Assembly: GCA_031362565.1 (NCBI GenBank)
Contig: JANLSU010000039.1
Coordinates: 163,229-227,228 of the forward strand
Reading direction: 5' to 3'
Origin: a bacterium
GTDB lineage: Bacteria > Krumholzibacteriota > Krumholzibacteriia > G020349025
DNA length: 64,000 nucleotides
Shown here: positions 57,291 through 64,000 of the stretch, one piece after another
Position numbering within the stretch: the stretch's first letter is position 1
Layout: every line of letters begins with the position of its first letter
Position numbers and translations under genes: made by a program
The notes under the pieces: model-generated
What the model was told of the DNA's origin: nothing
What the model saw: the letters and a program-made list of their open reading frames with translations, nothing else
Databases searched by the model: none

Positions 57291-57721
57291 CGTTTGCCGC
57301 CCGTTTTCTGGCGCGTTGCGATCGCGATGCGCTGCGCACCGCCACGCCGGGCATCTTCCAGAATGGATTCGACGCGCGAGTACGGCACGCCCTGGTCGGC
57401 ACACACGACGACGAGATCGTTGTCGCGTCCGGGCACCGCGAGCCGGGTACGAATGGCGGTCGCGAGCCGGGACTGCGACACGCGTTCTTGATCGACGGTG
57501 ATCTCACCTTCCTTGCCGAGCGTTACGCTGACGTTGCGCTCGTCTTCGGCGGTGCGCGTGTGCGCTTCCGGAAGCTTGATCCGCATGTCGGTGGCGGTGA
57601 TGATCGGTGCCGTCACGAGCAGAATGATGACGAGCACGAGCGCCACGTCGATGATCGGCGTGACGTTGACCTTGGTGATGAGTTCCTGGCCCTGGGTGCC
57701 GAACCGGCGGCGGCGGCGCAT
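57287..57721 (-). CDS. ExbD/TolR-family protein
   Basis: VNVTPIIDVALVLVIILLVTAP, LP.A, ADQGVPY..V..IL. Confidence 0.92.
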   Translation of the reverse strand: MRRRRRFGTQGQELITKVNVTPIIDVALVLVIILLVTAPIITATDMRIKLPEAHTRTAEDERNVSVTLGKEGEITVDQERVSQSRLATAIRTRLAVPGRDNDLVVVCADQGVPYSRVESILEDARRGGAQRIAIATRQKTGGKR

Positions 57722-57724
57722 CCC

Positions 57725-58138
57725 TTACCTCCCCACCACGGCGATCGACTGAGCGCCACTTTGCTTGGCTTCATCGAGCACGAAGACGAAGGTGCCGTGC
57801 GTGACGTCCGGCGCACAGCGCACGATCACCGGACCGCTGGTCGTTCCGCCCGCGAGGAGCGGCGCCAGGGTCGAGCGCAACGCCGTCCGCTCGACCGATG
57901 TCCCGTTGACGAGCACGTGATCCTCGGAGGTCACGTCGATGAGCAAGCGCTTTTCGGGCGGCGGCGGTGCCTGCTGTGCCGATTGCGCTTGGGCTTGCTT
58001 TTGCAACGCGATGCTCGACTGCAATGCCATCGGTGTCGCCACCATGAGGATGACCACGAGCACCAACGACACGTCGATGAGCGGCGTCATATTGACGTCG
58101 TAGATCCCTTTGGAGTCGTTTCCCGAGCCGCCGGCCAT
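57725..58138 (-). CDS. ExbD/TolR-family protein (second copy)
   Basis: VNMTPLIDVSLVLVVILMVATP, VTHG.FV.VLDEAK.SGA. Confidence 0.92.
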   Translation of the reverse strand: MAGGSGNDSKGIYDVNMTPLIDVSLVLVVILMVATPMALQSSIALQKQAQAQSAQQAPPPPEKRLLIDVTSEDHVLVNGTSVERTALRSTLAPLLAGGTTSGPVIVRCAPDVTHGTFVFVLDEAKQSGAQSIAVVGR

Positions 58139-58169
58139 GCTCCACCTCCCCGGAATCGAAGCCCCGGTC

Positions 58170-58853
58170 TCAGCGTGCGTGCACCGGTTCGGAAGCGACT
58201 TCGCGCCGCACGGGCGCCGCCGCCGCCGGTGCGTTACGCGCCGCGTCGATGGCGAGGCGCAAGGTCCGGGCGTGATTTTCGGCCACGGTCAGCATCACAT
58301 GGATGCGCCGCGTGAAGTGGTTGAAGAGCAGCACCGCCGGTACGGCGACGAGCAGGCCGGCTGCCGTCGTGAAGAGCGCTTCGGCGACACCCGCCGCGAC
58401 CACCGACGGACCGGCCGAACCGGACGCCGCCATGTCGTGGAAGGCGCGCATGATGCCCCACACGGTGCCGAGCAGACCAATGAGCGGCGCCGTATTGCCC
58501 ATCGTGCCGATGACGCCGAGGTTGCGCTCGAGCAGCAGGCGCTGCTCGGAGAGCGCGATGTGCAGTTTCTCTTCCATGACGTCGGCGCTCACATGCCAGT
58601 TCTGCAACACCGTTGCCGCCACCGGTCCCACCGGATGGGCGCTCTCGGCGCATACCTTGGTGGCGGCCTGGACGTCGCCCGATCGCAACTTGGCGAGTGC
58701 TGCCGCCATGACCGCGTCGGGATTGCCGCGGCGCTTGGCGAAATAGGCGATGCGTTCGATCACGAAACCCAGCGTCATGACGCTGCACGCCAGGATGATC
58801 ACCATCACCGGACTATTGCGCAGCGCCTGGATCCAGTCGAAGTTGTCGAACAT
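58170..58853 (-). CDS. MotA/TolQ/ExbB proton-channel protein
   Basis: APLIGLLGTVWGIMRAF, GVAEALFTTAAGLLVAVPA; GGAGGAAGGAG upstream of ATG 58853. Confidence 0.93.
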   Translation of the reverse strand: MFDNFDWIQALRNSPVMVIILACSVMTLGFVIERIAYFAKRRGNPDAVMAAALAKLRSGDVQAATKVCAESAHPVGPVAATVLQNWHVSADVMEEKLHIALSEQRLLLERNLGVIGTMGNTAPLIGLLGTVWGIMRAFHDMAASGSAGPSVVAAGVAEALFTTAAGLLVAVPAVLLFNHFTRRIHVMLTVAENHARTLRLAIDAARNAPAAAAPVRREVASEPVHAR

Positions 58854-58881
58854 GTCGGCTCCTTCCTCCACTCGTCGAATG

Positions 58882-59280
58882 TCAGTGCCGCGTGTCGCTC
58901 GATCGTGCCGTTGCTGCGTCCGGTGCCGGGACCGGCGCCGTCGTCGTTGTCGCTGCGGCTCGCAGGCGGTACGGCAGAAATGCCGCGTCCGGCTGCACCG
59001 TGAGATAGTTCGGCACGACTGCATCGCGCCCAAAGGCCTCGGTGCGGCGCGACACCACGAAGAGTGCCTGCGGCGAATAGAGCTTGCCCTCGATCCGCAC
59101 GTGGTCGCCGCGCACCGATTGCGTGACGTTGCCGTGGCCCGGCGCCGGCGGGGGCACGGCGCCCGCCGCGGCGGTGGCCGGCGCGGCCGGCGCCGCGGTC
59201 CCGGCCAAGGCCGGAGTCACTCCGAGAGCGCACGCCAGAACGGCGCACCACTGCGCACGCCGCGCCGCGCGCCCGTGCAT
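58882..59280 (-). CDS. Small exported protein, GltF/CglF-like
   Basis: Signal peptide, Ala/Pro linker, DHVRIEGKLYSPQALFVVSR (IEG..P motif as in GltF-type proteins); follows the TPR lipoprotein. Confidence 0.55.
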   Translation of the reverse strand: MHGRAARRAQWCAVLACALGVTPALAGTAAPAAPATAAAGAVPPPAPGHGNVTQSVRGDHVRIEGKLYSPQALFVVSRRTEAFGRDAVVPNYLTVQPDAAFLPYRLRAAATTTTAPVPAPDAATARSSDTRH

Positions 59281-59294
59281 GCGGACGGGGTTGC

Positions 59295-60212
59295 TCAACG
59301 TTGGCCCTTCGTGGAAGAAGGCTTCGGCGCCGCGCTCGCTTCGGGCACGGCCGGCAGCGGCGGCGCCGCGTCTTCGTGTCCGGGCTCGAGGAAGTCGTGC
59401 CACGCTGGATCACCAATGTGCGGTGCGCCGATGGCATCGAAATGGGCTTGGGCGCGCGTCGCACCGTCTTCGTCGAAGAGATAGTTGCGGAGCACGAGCG
59501 CCAAATTGAGCTGCGCGGGCGCGAACTCGGGATGCTTCTCGGTCAGTTCCCTCAGCAAGCGCGCGCCGGTTTCGACATCGCCGGCCCGCAAGCGCGCCAG
59601 TGCGACGTTGTTGACGATCTCGGGGTTGTCGGCGTAGGCGCCGAGATTCTTCTCGAGGCGCTGGGCCGCGGTGGCGTTCTGGTCGTCGACCAGATCGAGA
59701 TAGGCGAGATTGGCATTCGCAGCATCCGCGCAGGTTCCCTGCGCGGTGCCTTGCAGGAGCTTGCGTGCCTTCAGCGTGTTGCCGACGTCGGCATACAGGA
59801 GCGCGACGTTCAGACGCACGGCGTCAGGCAGCGTGTCCAATTTCTTGGATTCGAAATAGTGCACGCCCTCGGCACTGCGGCCGCTGTCGTGCAAGAGTTT
59901 CGCAAGCAGTGTCAGCGACGGTGCGTAGGCCGGATCACGATCGAGCGACGCCTTGAGGGCGGCGAGTGCCGGCTCGGTTTGGCCTTGCCCAGCCCGCAGC
60001 AGAGCCATCTGGTAGAACGGCTCGGCCGAGTGGGTGGTCTTGGCCTCGGTTTGCAGGGCGGCTTCGTCGCGGATGCGCGGCGACGGCAGATCATGCCGTC
60101 CAGACGCACAGCCGGCAGCGGCGAGCAACGCAGCACCGAGGAGTGCGTCGCAAATCGAGCGTCTGCCGGACGCCCGGACGCTCATTCGCTGCTCTGCGTC
60201 GCTCCGTGTCAC
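59295..60212 (-). CDS. TPR lipoprotein, GltE/AglT-like
   Basis: Lipobox LAAAGC; TPRs (NNVALARL, AQLNLALVLRNYL). Start GTG 60212 (GAGGAGG RBS) or ATG 60185. Confidence 0.7.
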   Translation of the reverse strand: MTRSDAEQRMSVRASGRRSICDALLGAALLAAAGCASGRHDLPSPRIRDEAALQTEAKTTHSAEPFYQMALLRAGQGQTEPALAALKASLDRDPAYAPSLTLLAKLLHDSGRSAEGVHYFESKKLDTLPDAVRLNVALLYADVGNTLKARKLLQGTAQGTCADAANANLAYLDLVDDQNATAAQRLEKNLGAYADNPEIVNNVALARLRAGDVETGARLLRELTEKHPEFAPAQLNLALVLRNYLFDEDGATRAQAHFDAIGAPHIGDPAWHDFLEPGHEDAAPPLPAVPEASAAPKPSSTKGQR

Positions 60213-60318
60213 GTTCTCGCCCTCCTCATGAGGCCTTTCGGCGCCATCCGTGATCGCCCGCGAACGTGGATCCGTGCGTGTTCGCCTGGACAAGAGCAAG
60301 AGGCATACCGCCGAACGG

Positions 60319-63300
60319 TCAGGGATTCACCAACACGAACAGCGGCGCCGGACGCACGGGGACTCGCGTCGCAAGCATTGGATAGAGGCGTTTTTCGGCC
60401 GCCTTGGTCCAAGGATCGGCGTGTTTCGCGGCGTGCGCCGCCATCAATCCACGCGACCACGCTTGCACGGCCCGGTCATCGAGCGCGTCGGCTTGCTTGC
60501 CGAGCGTTTCTTGGTACGCATACAGGTCGTCGCCTTCCAAGCCGGCGGGCGGTTCACTCGTCCGCAATGCATGGCCCAGATCCGTCAGCGTTTCGCCGAG
60601 CCGCAAGCACGCGGCTGCATGCCAAGGTTCGACGCTCGCCTCAGCCACCTTGCCGTAGCCGGCGAGCAGCGGCTCGACGGCCTTCTGCTTGCGCTGCAGT
60701 GCGGCGGTGATCGGTTGCTTGAGAGTGATCGCTTCGTATTCGGGCCGTGACGCTTCGGCGATCTGAAACTGCGCTTCGGCGCGCTCGGGCTTGCCGAGCG
60801 CGTCACCGCATTCGAGCGCCCGGCGGTAGAACGGTAGTGCCGGGCCGGGGGTGCGCATCAAGTGGGCGCGGCGCATCCACAAGTCGGCAGCGAGCGGCGC
60901 GTCGACCGGCGGCTTGCCGGCCGGGTGCACCGCGGCAAGAACGATCGCGTACTGGCTGTCGGCGGCCGCCGGACGGCCCGCCACCGCGAACAAGAGGCCG
61001 GCGCGCAAGCGCGCCGGTGTCGCTTGCGCATGCTGCGGATAGTGCCCGGCGAAGGCCCGGAAGGTGCGCGCTGCTTGTTCGGTCTGATGGCTGCCCTCTT
61101 CGCAACGGCCACGCTCGAGCCAGGCGCCGGCGTGCAAATCGGAGTGCGGATAGGCGTCGACGACACGGCCGTAGTCGGCGGCGGCGGCGGCGGAATCGCC
61201 GCTTGCGGCCCGCAACGCCGCGGCGCGGAACAGGGCGCGGTCGGCGAAGTCGAACTTCGGATGGCGCGCAGCAACGCGTTCGAAGGCCGTGGCAGCGTGA
61301 TCCTTGTCGCCGTGTTTTTCCTGGGCTTCGGCGCCGCGGTACAGCGCCGCCGGCACGAGCCGCACGAGCGCCGCTTGCAGCGTGTCGGCGTGCGCCAGGC
61401 GCGCCCGCGTCAAGGCCGAGTCATAGCGCGCCGCCGCAGCCTCGTAGTGCTCGCGCTTCCACGCGACGTCGCCGGTCATCTTGAGGGCGGCCGCGGCGCG
61501 TGCCGGTTCTTTCGTGCGCCAGGCGACGGCGGAATAGCCGCGCTCGGCGGCGTCCCAACGTTCGGTACGGAAAGCGAGGAAGCCGATGCGTTCGAACGCA
61601 TCCGTGCCGCGGCCGTCGTTCGGATAGCGCTTGGCGAACCGCTCGGTGGTCTTTTCGTAGCGCTCGAGAACCTGTGCCGGCTGCAGCGCCGCGGCGGCAT
61701 CGAGAGCCGCGAGTTCCTGGCCGGACGCCGTGTGGACGAGAGCGCTATCGGCACGCGGGTGTGCGGCAGCATGTCCGTACGCATCGGCCGCCGATTCGAA
61801 GGCGCCGAGTTCGAAGCGTGCCTCACCCAGATAGAGGTGCGTCGTGGGCTCTTCCTCGGCGCCCGGAAAGTGCTGCAGTGTCTCCTGGTAAAGCGCCACC
61901 GCGTGTTCGAGATCGGACTTGCGATGCACGGAATCGCGCCGTGCTTCGCGATGTTCGAATTGCGCCGCGGCGCGCAAGCGCTGCGCCATGCGCGCCGCCG
62001 CCGCCTCGGGCCGGGCAAGAGCGTTCGTGAGGCTGTCGACGCGCGCCGCTTGGCGGTCCTCTTCGACGAGGCGCGATTGCCAGCGCGGCTGCAGTTCGGG
62101 TGTCACGGGGTTGGCGGCGACCTGGCGCGCCCATTCGCCGTCCGGTGCGAAGGTCGCGGCCAAGCGCGCGGCACGGGCGTGCGCCGCGGCCGTGCCGTGC
62201 CGCACTTCGATCCAATGCAAGAGATCCTCGGCCACCGCGGGCAACGCACGATGCGCCGGATGGCGTTCGAGCAAAAGCTCATCGCCGTCGATGGCTTCGT
62301 CGTATTGGGCCCGCGAGGCGAAGAGCTGCGTCATGCGCCGCAAGAGCGCGAAATCGTAAGGCGGCCGCGGCCAGGTGTCGAGCTCGGTTGCCGCGGCGCG
62401 CGCCTCTTGATCGGCGGAGAAGGCCAGCGCCAAGAGTTCGAGCGCCTCGGGCGCGAGTTCGGCAGCGCGCGGGGTGCCGGTCCGGGCGGCGATCGCCGGG
62501 CCGGCGCCGGCTGGCGCGCCAGCGGGGTTGGGCGGCGGCACGCCGGCCAAGAGGGTGCGGAGCGCCAGGCGCGCCTCGTCGTGATGGTCGAGGTCATAGG
62601 CGCACCAGCCGACGCGGAAGAGCCCGAGGTCGCGCGATTCCGGATCGTGCCCGTGCGCCGCGATGCGAAAGGCGGCGAGCGCGGCCTCGCGATCGTCGAG
62701 TTGCAAACGGTTGTCGCCGAGACGCAGCGCGGCGCGATCGCGGCGCAGATCGAGCGAGTCGGCGGCGGCGAGGAATTGCTCGAGGGCATCACACGACGCC
62801 TCCACGGCACCCGTTTCCGCGAGCACGAAGCCGAGTGCATAGCGCGCATCGTGGGCGCGCGGCGTATCGGGATGAGCGCGCAGGAGCCGGCGATAGGCGT
62901 CGACGGCATCGGCGTAGCTTTCTACCGGCAGGGGTGCGGTGTCGGCGTGACCGCCGTGGGTCAGATAGGCGGCCAAGTCCTGCTGGTATTGCATTGTGGC
63001 GCGTTGCAAATGAACTTCACCCAGGCGGTAGAGTGCCTCGGTGGATTGCGTGCTGGCCGTAAAGCGGCTGGCGAATGCGTCGAGCCGCGTGGCGGCGTGT
63101 TCGAGATGCGTGAGGCGCGCGGCGTCACCGGGGGGCGTGGCGAGCGCGGCGTGAAACGCGGCCGACGCTTCGCCCCAAGCTGCCGCTTCGACGGCGCCGG
63201 CGCGGCGCCGCGCCGCACGCGCGGTGCGTTCCTCTTGTGCTGCACTGCCGGCGGCCGTACGCGCGGCCTCCAGCGTGGCCAGTGTTTGCGTCGCGGCGTC

Positions 63301-63880
63301 GAGCGCGGCTTCGGCGGCAGCGAGCGCGATCCGTTCCGCAGCGTCGGCAGCGTCGAGTGCGGCCGCAAGCGCCGCGGCGCGACTGCGAACGCCGGCCAGG
63401 AGCGCTTCGAGCGCCTCGAGCCGCGCCAGATCCGATGCCAGTTCATGGTCTTCGAGAACCGCATGGACGCGCGGCGCGACGCGCGCTGCGAGATCGGTTT
63501 GCAACGACTCGGCGCGCGCCACCCAATCGAGCGTGCCGGCGGCACGCACCCGCGCTTCGGCGGTCACGGCAAGCCGACGAACGCTGCGATCCGGCGGATA
63601 GCGCGCGCCAAGGCGCGTGTCGGCGCGCCGCAGTTCGCCGAGGGCGCGCGCCAAGAGCGCCAGGCGTTGTTGCAGGAGCTTGGTCCACGCTTGCTCGGCA
63701 GCGGCCACTTCAGCGGTGTGCGCCGCGACCCCGGCGCGCAGGCGCGCCGCGGCTTCTTCGAGTGCAGCGAGCGCCGCCAAGCTGGTGGCGAGTTCGGCAC
63801 GGCCGCGATCGAGCAGCGCATCGCGCTCGGCAAGTTGGGTGCGGGCGCGCTCGCGCGCCCGCGCCAGCTCGGCGACGCGC
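60319..63880 (-). CDS. Very large TPR protein, GltD/AgmU-like C-terminus with an N-terminal coiled-coil region; 5' end missing
   Basis: Many TPRs (ALYRLGE, ARYALGF, GLFRVGWC, ALFRAA); C-terminal YEAITLKQPI..LQRK..AACLRLGE..SEPPAGL..YQETL..QA..W..L. Frame open into the low-quality end. Confidence 0.75.
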
Positions 63881-64000
63881 CCGGCCCCGGCGCCGGGGCG
63901 GCGCGGGGGGGGCCCCCCCCCGCGGGGCCGCGCCCGGGGCACCACAAAGAAGACCGGCGGCCGCCCCACCAAGGAAAAACCCCCCCCCCCAAACCCCGCC
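63880..64000. other. Low-complexity homopolymer tail, probable low-quality contig/read end
   Basis: Abrupt long G, C and A homopolymer runs unlike the rest of the window. Confidence 0.7.

Noticed and set aside
63880..64000. G/C tracts as a G-quadruplex, phase-variable tract or true start of the 1217-aa ORF
   Set aside because: The pattern fits a degraded read end; the translation (MVGRPPVFF..GGGPPP) is not credible.

Overview
GC-rich bacterial chromosomal segment. Gene content suggests (inference) an FCB-related candidate lineage such as Krumholzibacteria, Latescibacterota or Eisenbacteria: it has tandem C25 peptidases with FlgD/CTD-like tails and a C-terminal TWxxxKxLY secreted protein. From left to right: (1) a patchy accessory region (1-8.3 kb) with a ROK regulator plus carbohydrate-binding lipoprotein under a perfect 25-bp operator palindrome, a Cys-rich secreted protein, a small-ORF/nucleotidyltransferase pair, a Ser/Thr kinase pseudogene fused head-to-head to ric/ytfE, a cupin and YbaK; (2) a minus-strand run of an extended MglA GTPase, receiver, TPR protein, orphan trpA, wzi-like gene and a DGGGP-synthase-like UbiA; (3) a zinc-ribbon protein coupled to an RsbW-like kinase, recG and a dcw cluster (mraZ to ftsZ, no murB/ddl) with MraZ boxes and an unusual STAS gene between mraZ and rsmH; (4) a FIST protein, two tandem ~1500-aa gingipain-like C25/FG-GAP proteins and an NtrC-type regulator; (5) apbE, dcp, and an fRMsr-GAF gene coupled to a Cys-rich PAS hybrid kinase; (6) a compact operon resembling the myxobacterial Agl-Glt gliding core (GltD, GltE, GltF, TolQ, two TolR, AgmX/PglI-type TonB protein), cut off by a low-quality end. 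I saw no rRNA, tRNA, CRISPR array or intact transposase. All family calls are by-eye motif recognition, not database hits.
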